Shown here: positions 36,681-45,284 of the stretch, piece by piece
Layout of the letters: every line of letters begins with the position of its first letter
Numbering within the stretch: position 1 is the first letter of the stretch
Assembly: GCA_030622635.1 (NCBI GenBank)
Contig: JAUXFX010000002.1
Span: forward strand, 1 to 46,604
Source of the DNA: Bacteroidota bacterium
Lineage (GTDB): Bacteria; Bacteroidota; Bacteroidia; Bacteroidales; JADFUO01
DNA: 46,604 nucleotides
Reading direction: 5' to 3'
The notes under the pieces: generated by a model
What the model saw: the letters and a program-made list of their open reading frames with translations, nothing else
Databases searched by the model: none
Told to the model about the DNA's origin: nothing
Translations under genes and position numbers: made by a program

Positions 36681-37919
36681 ATGCCAAAGAAGAAAATACT
36701 TGTTGTCGGTGGAGGCATAAGCGGAATAACAACAGCTATTGAGGTGGCTGAAGTTGGTTATGAAGTAGTTTTGATTGAGAAACTTCCTTATCTTGGAGGA
36801 AGAGTTGTTAAGATGAATCAATATTTTCCTAAGCTATGTCCACCTTACTGCGGACTTGAAATCAATTTCAGACGGATAAAACAAAACCCAGGTATCACAA
36901 TTTTTACTTCAACAATAATTGAAAATATATCAGGTTCAAAAGGTAATTTTACGGTTACATTAAAAACCAAACCCGCCTTTGTTAAAAATAATTGCACTGT
37001 TTGCGGCGAATGCGAAAAAGTTTGTCCGGTTGAACGAACTAATGAGTTCAATTATGAAATGAATAAAACCAAAGCCATTTACCTTCCACACGAAATGGCA
37101 TTTCCATGGAAATACACAATTGATGAAAATGTTTGTTTGAAAAATAACTGTAAAAAATGTGTTGAAGTTTGTAAATATAATGCAATTGACCTTGAAGCTA
37201 CTTCCAAACAGCTACAATTAAATGTTTCATCAATAGTTTTTGCTACTGGCTGGTATCCTTATGATGCAACTAAGTTGGATAATATGAATTTCGGTGTTTT
37301 TCCTAATGTCATCACAAATGTTATGATGGAACGTTTGTCTGCACCTAACGGACCAACACTCGGTAAAATTTTACGTCCATCTGATAATAAAGAGCCAAAA
37401 ACCATTGCATTTGTTCAGTGTGCGGGTTCAAGAGATGAAAACCACCTGCCTTATTGCTCGGGAGTTTGCTGTACGGCTTCATTAAAACATGCTCTATATA
37501 TCAGGGAGCAACTCCCTGAAGCAAAAGTTAAAATATTTTATATTGACCTTAGAGTTTATGGCAGAAATGAAGATTTTCTCAATAAAGTAGAATCTGATAA
37601 AAATATTGAACTTATAAAAGGGAAAGTCGGATTGATAGATGAAAATCCTGATACTAAAGGATTAATCATTAAAGCCGAAGATACAATGACAGGGATAAGA
37701 AAAAAAGAAGAAGTTGATATGGTTGTGCTGGCTACAGGAATAGTCCCAAATAAAATTGATATTGAAAAAATAAACTATGATAATAACGGATTTATAATAC
37801 CCGGATTACTTGAAGATGGTATTTTTGCTGCTTCATGTACCAAAAGACCGCTTGATGTTTCAGCATCATTGAAAGATGCAACAGGTATGGCTTTGAAAGC
37901 AATTCAGGAAACCAAGTAA
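36681..37919 (+). CDS. qmoA: quinone-interacting membrane-bound oxidoreductase complex subunit A (HdrA-like flavoprotein)
   Basis: ILVVGGGISGITTAIEVAEVGYEVVLIEK, a ferredoxin-type CxxCxxCxxxCP, 412 aa, downstream of aprBA. Confidence 0.85.
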   Translation: MPKKKILVVGGGISGITTAIEVAEVGYEVVLIEKLPYLGGRVVKMNQYFPKLCPPYCGLEINFRRIKQNPGITIFTSTIIENISGSKGNFTVTLKTKPAFVKNNCTVCGECEKVCPVERTNEFNYEMNKTKAIYLPHEMAFPWKYTIDENVCLKNNCKKCVEVCKYNAIDLEATSKQLQLNVSSIVFATGWYPYDATKLDNMNFGVFPNVITNVMMERLSAPNGPTLGKILRPSDNKEPKTIAFVQCAGSRDENHLPYCSGVCCTASLKHALYIREQLPEAKVKIFYIDLRVYGRNEDFLNKVESDKNIELIKGKVGLIDENPDTKGLIIKAEDTMTGIRKKEEVDMVVLATGIVPNKIDIEKINYDNNGFIIPGLLEDGIFAASCTKRPLDVSASLKDATGMALKAIQETK

Positions 37920-38032
37920 AGATAAAAGATTAAAGATAAAAGTATAATAGAGTTAATTAATAATATCTGAAAGTATTTTAAAATTAAAGTAAGTTCGGGA
38001 TTAGTTACTTTTAAATTTTTTTTAATCATAAT

Positions 38033-38105
38033 AAATCTGCGTATATCAGCGTCAAATCAATAAAATAGTTTTTTAGGCAATTAAATGACGCAGATTTTCG
38101 CTGAT
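38033..38105. repeat. interleaved complementary segments AAATCTGCGT..ATCAGCG / ACGCAGATTT..CGCTGAT
   Basis: Read directly. The order is A-B...A'-B', so they do not form a simple nested hairpin. Confidence 0.6.
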
Positions 38106-38137
38106 TAACACTGATAATATTAAATAAAAAAGTAAAC

Positions 38138-40273
38138 GTGAACAAAAAAACAGGAGTATATATATGTTCGGGTTGCGAAATTGGTAAATGTATTGATATT
38201 GATGCATTGGCAAATATTGCAAAAAATGAATACAATACCGAATGTTGTATTAATCACTCTTTTCTTTGTAATGATGAAGGTATTGGCATTATCAAAAAAG
38301 ATATTGCTGAAAAAAAACTTGATGCTGTTGTTATTGCTGCTTGCTCATCCCGTGTAAATACTTCTGAATTTTCGTTTGAAAACAACGTTATTATTGAAAG
38401 AGTTAACCTTCGCGAACAGGTTGTATGGTGTCATCCTCCCAATGATGAAGATACACAAATGCTTGCTGAGGATACTCTAAGAATGGGTATTGCAAAAACC
38501 ATGTCAATCCTTAATCCTGAACCATTTATTGGTGAAAATCTCTCATCAGATATTTTAGTAATCGGAGGTGGAATAACAGGAATTACTTCAGCAATTGAAG
38601 CAGCTAAAGCAGGATATAAAATTTATCTTGTTGAAAAATCAGATAAATTAGGTGGTTGGGCAAATAATCTCTATAAACAACTACCACAGAAATACCCTTA
38701 TCAGCAATTGGAAAATCCAATAATTTCAGATAAAATATCAGAAATTGAAAAATTTAACAATATTGATATTTTTACTTCATCCGAAATCAAGGAGATCTCA
38801 GGGCAACCCGGAATGTTTGAAATATTGATTTCGCAAAACGGCAAGGATAAAAATTTCAGAGCCGGGTCCATTGTAATGGCAACGGGCTGGAAACCCTATG
38901 ATGCAACTAAATTAACTGAATTTGGCTATGGCAGGTTTAAAAATATAATTACTAACGTTGAAATGGAACATCTTGCCAAAGAAAATAATATTATCAAACC
39001 TTCTGATGGAAAGCCGGTTAATAGCGTTTTGTTTATTCAATGTGCAGGTTCAAGAGATAATAAACATCTTCCATATTGCTCAAACTTTTGTTGCGGAACA
39101 AGCCTAAAGCAGGCAAAATACATCCGTGATTTTAATGCTGAATCATCAGTTTTTATAATCTATAAAGATATTCGTACACCCGGTCATTATGAGAATTTTT
39201 ACAAAGAGATTCAAAATGACGAACAGATATTTTTAACAAAGGGTGATGTTGTTGATATTTCCGAAGAAAATGAAGAATTGATAGTTACTGTTGATAACAC
39301 ACTTTTTGATGAGCAAATACAAATAAAAGTTGACCTGATAGTTCTGGCAACAGGAATGACACCTGCAAATTCGGAAGAACTTAATCTTAATTACCGTCTT
39401 GGAAAAGGACTTCCTTTATTAAAATACAATTTCCCTGATTCACATTTTATCTGTTTTCCTTATGAAACCAGGAGAACGGGAATTTATGCAGCAGGTGCAT
39501 TAAGAGAGCCGATGGATATTACTTCAAGCATTGAAGACGCTGCCGGTGCCACTTTAAAGGCAATTCAATGTATTGAAGCAACCAAACGAGGTGAATCCGT
39601 TCATCCAAGGTCGGGTGATAAATCCTATCCTGATCTTTATTTGGAAAGATGTACCGACTGCAAACGCTGTACTGAAGAATGCCCGTTTGGCGCCTATGAC
39701 GAAACTGAAAAAGGAACACCTTTGCCCAATCCTAACCGGTGCAGGCGTTGCGGTATTTGTCTCGGTGCCTGCCCTGAAAGAATTATAAATTTCAGTGATT
39801 TCTCAATCAACAGCATTTCATCAATGATAAAAGCTGTTAATATTCCTGATGAATTTGAAGAGAAACCACGTGTACTTGTTTTTGTTTGTGAAAACGATGC
39901 TTATCCTGCCTTTGATATGGCAGGATTTAAACGATTGCAATACAGTGCTTATGTCAGAATAATTCCGGTAAGGTGCATTGGTTCGGTTAATAATGTCTGG
40001 ATATCCGATGCACTTTCCCAGGGATTTGACGGTATTTTGCAAATCGGATGTAAACCCGGTGAAAATTATCAGTGTCATTTTATTAATGGAAGTGAACTAA
40101 CTGAAAAAAGAGGTGAAAACATCAGCGAAACTCTTGAAAAAATGATGCTTGAACCCGAAAGAATAAAAACCGAATTTCTTGAAATTAACGAATATCACAG
40201 AATACCGGAAATTATTAACGATTATATTGAAATTATAGAAGATATTGGACCGAATCCTTTTAAGGAAATTTAA
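38138..40273 (+). CDS. qmoB: Qmo complex subunit B (HdrA-like plus MvhD-like C-terminus)
   Basis: GTG start, 711 aa. ILVIGGGITGITSAIEAAKAGYKIYLVEK, two 4Fe-4S motifs, and a C-terminal VFVCENDAY..VRCIG MvhD-like segment. Confidence 0.85.
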   Translation: MNKKTGVYICSGCEIGKCIDIDALANIAKNEYNTECCINHSFLCNDEGIGIIKKDIAEKKLDAVVIAACSSRVNTSEFSFENNVIIERVNLREQVVWCHPPNDEDTQMLAEDTLRMGIAKTMSILNPEPFIGENLSSDILVIGGGITGITSAIEAAKAGYKIYLVEKSDKLGGWANNLYKQLPQKYPYQQLENPIISDKISEIEKFNNIDIFTSSEIKEISGQPGMFEILISQNGKDKNFRAGSIVMATGWKPYDATKLTEFGYGRFKNIITNVEMEHLAKENNIIKPSDGKPVNSVLFIQCAGSRDNKHLPYCSNFCCGTSLKQAKYIRDFNAESSVFIIYKDIRTPGHYENFYKEIQNDEQIFLTKGDVVDISEENEELIVTVDNTLFDEQIQIKVDLIVLATGMTPANSEELNLNYRLGKGLPLLKYNFPDSHFICFPYETRRTGIYAAGALREPMDITSSIEDAAGATLKAIQCIEATKRGESVHPRSGDKSYPDLYLERCTDCKRCTEECPFGAYDETEKGTPLPNPNRCRRCGICLGACPERIINFSDFSINSISSMIKAVNIPDEFEEKPRVLVFVCENDAYPAFDMAGFKRLQYSAYVRIIPVRCIGSVNNVWISDALSQGFDGILQIGCKPGENYQCHFINGSELTEKRGENISETLEKMMLEPERIKTEFLEINEYHRIPEIINDYIEIIEDIGPNPFKEI

Positions 40274-40285
40274 AAGGGAAATTCA

Positions 40286-40306
40286 AAATGACTAAAATGA
40301 CTAAAA
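40286..40306. repeat. left 21-bp terminal inverted repeat AAATGACTAAAATGACTAAAA
   Basis: Exact reverse complement of 40811-40831. It is followed by an (A5-7T)n run to 40347. Confidence 0.9.
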
Positions 40307-40347
40307 TTTAAAAAATAAAAAAAATAAAAAATAAAAAATAAAAAATA

Positions 40348-40752
40348 ATGAAAAATGATTCAGAATATAATCCGAAGAAATTTGCAATTCAATTAGAGGA
40401 AAGAACATTAAAATTTGGTGTTAGCATAATTCGCTTGTCATCAAAATTACCTTCTACTACTGAAGGAAAGATTGTAAGAAATCAAATTACAAAATCAGGT
40501 ACCAGTATTGGTGCCAATTACAGAGAAGCAAACCGTGCAAGAAGTAAAGCTGATTTTAGAAATAAAATTAAAATATGTGAAGGCGAAGCAAGTGAGACTC
40601 AATATTGGTTAAAAATAATAATTGAAATAAATTGGAAAAATAAGAAGGAAATTGAATTTGAATATAATGAATGTAGCGAATTACTTGCAATCTTCACAAC
40701 CATTGCAAAAAACACAAAACAATTTTATTCATTTTTTAATTTAAAATTTTAG
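40348..40752 (+). CDS. four-helix-bundle protein (23S rRNA intervening-sequence protein / Avd-like family, TIGR02436)
   Basis: NQITKSGTSIGANYREANRARSKADFRNKIKICEGEASETQYWLKII is the family signature. Confidence 0.85.
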   Translation: MKNDSEYNPKKFAIQLEERTLKFGVSIIRLSSKLPSTTEGKIVRNQITKSGTSIGANYREANRARSKADFRNKIKICEGEASETQYWLKIIIEINWKNKKEIEFEYNECSELLAIFTTIAKNTKQFYSFFNLKF

Positions 40753-40831
40753 TCATTTGTAACTTTAGTCATTTAACATTTTAGTCATTTAACATTTTAG
40801 TCATTTTAAATTTTAGTCATTTTAGTCATTT
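40747..40831. repeat. TTTTAGTCATTT(AACA) tandem repeats; the last 21 nt form the right terminal inverted repeat
   Basis: Read directly. The run begins over the stop codon of the four-helix-bundle gene and ends 3 nt before the qmoC ATG. Confidence 0.9.
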
Positions 40832-40834
40832 ATA

Positions 40835-41929
40835 ATGCTAAAAATAAAACCAAACATAGAATTCATAAAAGAACTGTCAAAGGACAGCAACTCTCCGCTA
40901 AAACAATGCATGCAGTGCGGAACATGTTCGGTGATTTGTAATCTTTCGCCTGCTGAAAAACCGTTCCCAAGAAAAGAAATGATATGGGCTGGCTGGGGAT
41001 TAAAAGACAAACTTTTAAGTGACCCTGACATCTGGTTATGTCTTCAATGTGGTGATTGCACAACCACATGCCCGAGAGGCGTTAAGCCCGGCGATGTGCT
41101 TGCATCTCTTAGAAATTTTAGTTACCTGCATTACGCCCGTCCTAAATTTCTTGCCAAACTGTTAAGCAAACCGAAATATTTACCGGTTGTTATTGCTATT
41201 CCAATTATTTTTATCCTGACAATAATATACTTTGCCGGAACACTAACTATCCCCGAAGGTGTTGTAAATTATTCAAAATTCTTTCCGCATCTGTATCTGA
41301 ATATTTCATTTTCAATTTTATTATTTCTCATGATAATTGGAATGATAAAAAGCATAAAAGTTTTCCAGAAAGACCTGAAAAAAAACACAGCTTTTAAAAA
41401 ACATAAAAACAGTTTGTTAAGATGTTTTATTTCTGCAATAAAAGAAATATTAACCCATGAAAAATTCAACAAATGTCGCTATCACAAATACAGGTATTAC
41501 ACGCATTTGATGGTTTTCTGGGGATTTATAATTTTGTTGATTGTTACGATTTTTGCAATAATTGCCGTAGTTTTTTTTGAATATCCCCTGTCGCTTTGGA
41601 ATCCCGTGAAAATAGCAAGTAATTTCGCCGCTTTTTTACTTTTTACCGGATTAACAGTTATGATATACAACCGGATAGTTAATAAAAGTTTTGCAGGAAA
41701 CAGCAATTACATGGATTGGGTTTTCCTGATATCTATTTATCTTTTGGTAATTTCCGGAGTTTTCGTTCAGATTGCCCGTTTTCAAAACTGGACCATTGCT
41801 TACCATCTTTATACTCTCCACCTTGTTCTTGACTGGTTTGTAATAATCTATGCTCCTTACACAAAATTCGGGCATTTTATATACAGAACTATTGCAATGA
41901 CTTATGCAAAATATGTTGGAAGGGAATGA
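40835..41929 (+). CDS. qmoC: Qmo complex subunit C (HdrC-like Fe-S domain fused to HdrE/NarI-like membrane heme b domain)
   Basis: CMQCGTCSVIC and CLQCGDCTTTCP motifs, followed by about six TM helices. Confidence 0.85.
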   Translation: MLKIKPNIEFIKELSKDSNSPLKQCMQCGTCSVICNLSPAEKPFPRKEMIWAGWGLKDKLLSDPDIWLCLQCGDCTTTCPRGVKPGDVLASLRNFSYLHYARPKFLAKLLSKPKYLPVVIAIPIIFILTIIYFAGTLTIPEGVVNYSKFFPHLYLNISFSILLFLMIIGMIKSIKVFQKDLKKNTAFKKHKNSLLRCFISAIKEILTHEKFNKCRYHKYRYYTHLMVFWGFIILLIVTIFAIIAVVFFEYPLSLWNPVKIASNFAAFLLFTGLTVMIYNRIVNKSFAGNSNYMDWVFLISIYLLVISGVFVQIARFQNWTIAYHLYTLHLVLDWFVIIYAPYTKFGHFIYRTIAMTYAKYVGRE

Positions 41930-42008
41930 TTTGGGATTTGAGATTTGAGATTTGTGATTTGGGATTTGAGATTTGAGAATTGAGATTTGAGAATTTAGAT
42001 TTGGGATT
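41928..42008. repeat. GAGATTT/GGGATTT heptamer repeats after qmoC
   Basis: Read directly. Confidence 0.85.
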
Positions 42009-42115
42009 AGTGAATAAAAATTTTCTTCTTTTAAATTTTTTATATATTTTTTCATTTATGTCCGATTAAATTATAATGAGTTGCTAATTATTGTCTTAAC
42101 TTTGTTTTATATTTC

Positions 42116-42254
42116 GCTCCTACGGAGCTTAAAATTGCGGTTATTACTATGTTCTACAAATATTTAACTCCTAACGGAGTTTAAAAAAATAGTCCTGTTA
42201 GGGACTAAATGTTTATAGAAAAATACATCCTTAAAAATATAGCCCCGTAGGGGC
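42116..42254. repeat. cluster of four short perfect hairpins
   Basis: GCTCC-TAC-GGAGC (42116-42128), AACTCC-TAAC-GGAGTT (42166-42181), AGTCC-TGTTAG-GGACT (42191-42206) and GCCCC-GTA-GGGGC (42242-42254). Confidence 0.85.
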
Positions 42255-42564
42255 GAAATATTCTTCAAAACATTATCAATAATGCATCTTATCATTATAA
42301 ATTATTTTATTCGGACAACAGTGATATTTTTTATTTTAATTCTTCATTTTGTTTTAGGCAACTCTTTGGGGGGAATTTTTGCATAAAACACAAATTCATT
42401 ATTATTTGAAAACTACTGATTATCATTTAATTGAAAAATAATATCCCCATGAAATATTCCGACAAGTCAAGCCGGACTTCATAAGGTAAACTATTGAATG
42501 ACTATATAATATATAAACAAACAACAAATTAAAAACAAAAATAATATTTGTGGCAGCATTTACA

Positions 42565-43791
42565 CTAACTATACCTGATCGCCTTCACAGGTGTAATTTT
42601 AGTTATTATATATGACGGGATAATTAGTATAAGGAAGCAAATTATCAAACTTCCGGCATTAAGATAGAGAATATGTAAGAAGTTCAGGTTTACCGGTACA
42701 ACAGATACATAATATGATTCCTGGGGCAAACCGATAATCCCAAATTTCAATTGAAGCAAGCAAATACCGATTCCTGCAATATTTCCCCAAAGCAGTCCCT
42801 TCCCGATTATATATACTGCATTGTACAGGAATATTTTACGAACACTGCGATTTTGACTCCCTAATGCTTTTAGAATCCCTATCATATTTGTTCGTTCAAG
42901 AATTAGTATTAAAAGTGTGGAGATCATAGTTATTCCTGCAACCAATACCATCAACACAAGTATAATTATCACATTCATATCCTGAAGATCAAGCCAGTCA
43001 AAAATTTGCGGATAGATATGCTTAATGGTTTGTGTGTTCAAATCATAACCAATTGTATGATAAATGAGTTCGTTCATTTTATCTAAATCATTAAAATTTT
43101 CAATCAGCACTTCAAATCCTGCAACCTGATTTTCGTCCCACCTGTTTAATTTTTGAATATGAGCAATATCACCTATAATAAATAACTTATCAAAGTCTTC
43201 AAGGCCTGTTTCATAAATTCCTGTAATTTTAAACTTTCTTCCCCTCGGCTGTGACCCGCTTGACGAAACAAAATACATTCTAAGGTCGTCATTTAATTTT
43301 AGTTTTAATTTATCTGCAATTATTTTTGATATCAGCACATCGTTTGTTTTTTCCGTATCATTAATGATCACAGGTTTTCCTTCAATAATTTTGTTTTCAA
43401 AAAACGACCAGTCGTAATCACTTCCAATGCCTTTTAAAACAACTCCCTGTATTTGCTCATCGGTTTTTATAATTCCGGCTTTATTTGCATATACCTGAAT
43501 GTGCCTGATACCTTCTACAGTATCAAGGTATGGATAAAAATCCTGTTCTTTATCAACCGGGCTTGCTTCATAAGAAACATTATAATCATAATTATTAATT
43601 TGTATATGTGAACCAAAACCAATAACTTTATCCCGTATTTGCGACTGAAAACCTGTAACAATTGCAACTGAAACTATCATCACTGCCAGTCCGAGAGCAA
43701 TGCTTACTATTGCAATCCTTACGATTGGACGTGAAAAGTTTTCTTTATTTTTTGAAATAATATGTCTCGCTATGAATAATTCGGTGTTCAA
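42565..43791 (-). CDS. FtsX-like ABC transporter permease (LolC/E family)
   Basis: 408 aa with an N-terminal TM, a large periplasmic loop and three C-terminal TM helices. Contains LKALG..R..I..F. Confidence 0.8.
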   Translation of the reverse strand: MNTELFIARHIISKNKENFSRPIVRIAIVSIALGLAVMIVSVAIVTGFQSQIRDKVIGFGSHIQINNYDYNVSYEASPVDKEQDFYPYLDTVEGIRHIQVYANKAGIIKTDEQIQGVVLKGIGSDYDWSFFENKIIEGKPVIINDTEKTNDVLISKIIADKLKLKLNDDLRMYFVSSSGSQPRGRKFKITGIYETGLEDFDKLFIIGDIAHIQKLNRWDENQVAGFEVLIENFNDLDKMNELIYHTIGYDLNTQTIKHIYPQIFDWLDLQDMNVIIILVLMVLVAGITMISTLLILILERTNMIGILKALGSQNRSVRKIFLYNAVYIIGKGLLWGNIAGIGICLLQLKFGIIGLPQESYYVSVVPVNLNFLHILYLNAGSLIICFLILIIPSYIITKITPVKAIRYS

Positions 43792-45019
43792 TTTTTTGTT
43801 TTTTTACAAAAGTATAAAAATAAATTTACTCATTTTAATATCTTTTAGTATAATAATTACATCTGCATGCTCACAACAACAGCAAAAAGAAAATTTAATC
43901 ATCATTTATTCAAAAGATGTAAAAGTCGGAGCTGAGAGAACCGAGGAATATTTACCGCTTATTAAAAACAAAAATATTGCTATTGTTGCAAATCACACAT
44001 CTTTAATAAAAAATACACATCTTGTTGACAGCTTATTAAATCTTGGAATTAATATCACTAAAGTATTTTCGCCTGAACACGGATTTCGGGGAACTGCTGA
44101 TGCAGGGGCAAGCATTGAAAATAAAACTGATAAAAAAACAGGATTACCTGTTATCTCGCTTTACGGAAAAAATAAAAAACCAAAGAAAGAAGACCTTTCA
44201 GATATAGATATTATGATTTTTGATATTCAGGATGTCGGTGCAAGATTTTATACTTATATCTCAACAATGACTTATGTTTTGGAAGCATGTGCAGAAAATA
44301 ATATTCCTGTAATAATTCTTGACAGACCTAATCCGAATGGTTTTTATGTTGATGGTCCTGTACTTGAAAAAAAATATAAATCATTTATCGGCATGCACCC
44401 TGTTCCTGTTGTTCACGGCATGACAACAGGTGAATATGCAAAAATGGTTAATGAAGAAGGATGGCTGAAACATGGAATAAAGTGTCATTTAAATATTATA
44501 AAATGTTTGAATTACGATCATACAAAACTATATCAGCTTACTGTAAAACCTTCGCCAAATCTACCTTCTATGAATTCTGTTTACTTATATCCTTCACTGT
44601 GTTTTTTTGAAGGAACAATAATAAGTATTGGCAGAGGAACCGATGCTTCTTTTGAGCTAATCGGTCATCCTGATTTTTCTGACGGGGATTTTACTTTTAC
44701 TCCAAAAAGTATTCCAGGTGCAAGTTTAAATCCTCCGTATAAAAACATAGGTTGCCGGGGATATTATCTTAAAGATTTTTTTAAAGATAAAGATATGAAG
44801 AAAATCCATCTGAATTTATTAATTGAGATGTATGATTTTTTTAAAGATAAAAACGATTTTTTCAATTCATACTTCGACAAATTAGCAGGAACATCAGAAT
44901 TGCGGGAACAAATAATTGCAGGAAAAAGCGAAGAAGAAATCCGCAAAAGCTGGCAGGAAGATATTGATAGGTATAAAAAAATCAGGAAAAAATACTTGCT
45001 TTATCCTGATTTTGAATAG
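43772..45019 (+). CDS. DUF1343-family protein (NamZ-like exo-beta-N-acetylmuramidase), lipoprotein
   Basis: VANHTSL, FSPEHGFRGTADAG, DIQDVGARFYTYISTM, and a lipobox ITSAC. The start is uncertain: ATG 43772 overlaps the divergent gene by 20 nt, and TTG 43796 is an alternative. The ORF-track start at 43700 is unlikely. Confidence 0.75.
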   Translation: MNNSVFNFLFFYKSIKINLLILISFSIIITSACSQQQQKENLIIIYSKDVKVGAERTEEYLPLIKNKNIAIVANHTSLIKNTHLVDSLLNLGINITKVFSPEHGFRGTADAGASIENKTDKKTGLPVISLYGKNKKPKKEDLSDIDIMIFDIQDVGARFYTYISTMTYVLEACAENNIPVIILDRPNPNGFYVDGPVLEKKYKSFIGMHPVPVVHGMTTGEYAKMVNEEGWLKHGIKCHLNIIKCLNYDHTKLYQLTVKPSPNLPSMNSVYLYPSLCFFEGTIISIGRGTDASFELIGHPDFSDGDFTFTPKSIPGASLNPPYKNIGCRGYYLKDFFKDKDMKKIHLNLLIEMYDFFKDKNDFFNSYFDKLAGTSELREQIIAGKSEEEIRKSWQEDIDRYKKIRKKYLLYPDFE

Positions 45020-45041
45020 AATCCTGTCTTATAATTATAAA

Positions 45042-45259
45042 AGTATGCTAAAAGCATACTAAATGTTAAATTTAAACATCATTCTCACCAAACTGAAGTT
45101 TGGTGCTATTCTGATAAGTACAATTCTAATATGATTAGCACCATGCTTTAGAGTCTGTGTGAAAAGGTAAAAAAATTGAAAATATCAGATTAGCACCATT
45201 CTTTAGAATGGTGATTTAAAGTTAGTTACAGGACAACTATCAGTCCGCTTAAGCGGACT
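45042..45259. repeat. cluster of perfect hairpins between convergent genes
   Basis: AGTATGC-TAAAA-GCATACT (45042-45060), CACCAAACT-GA-AGTTTGGTG (45086-45105), CACCATTC-TTTA-GAATGGTG (45194-45213), and the palindrome AGTCCGCTTAAGCGGACT (45242-45259). Confidence 0.85.
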
Positions 45260-45284
45260 TTTACCTGATATCCGATTGAATATT

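Noticed and set aside
40747-40831. Possible CRISPR array (regularly spaced TTTTAGTCATTT units); also considered for 33743-33895
   Set aside because: The units are 9-16 nt with no unique spacers of CRISPR length, no leader and no cas genes. They are simple tandem repeats.
43772-43791. 20-nt overlap of the divergent start codons of the LolE-like and DUF1343 genes as a regulatory oddity
   Set aside because: It depends on choosing ATG 43772. A TTG at 43796 gives an equally good lipoprotein signal peptide with no overlap, so the overlap may be only a start-codon calling issue.
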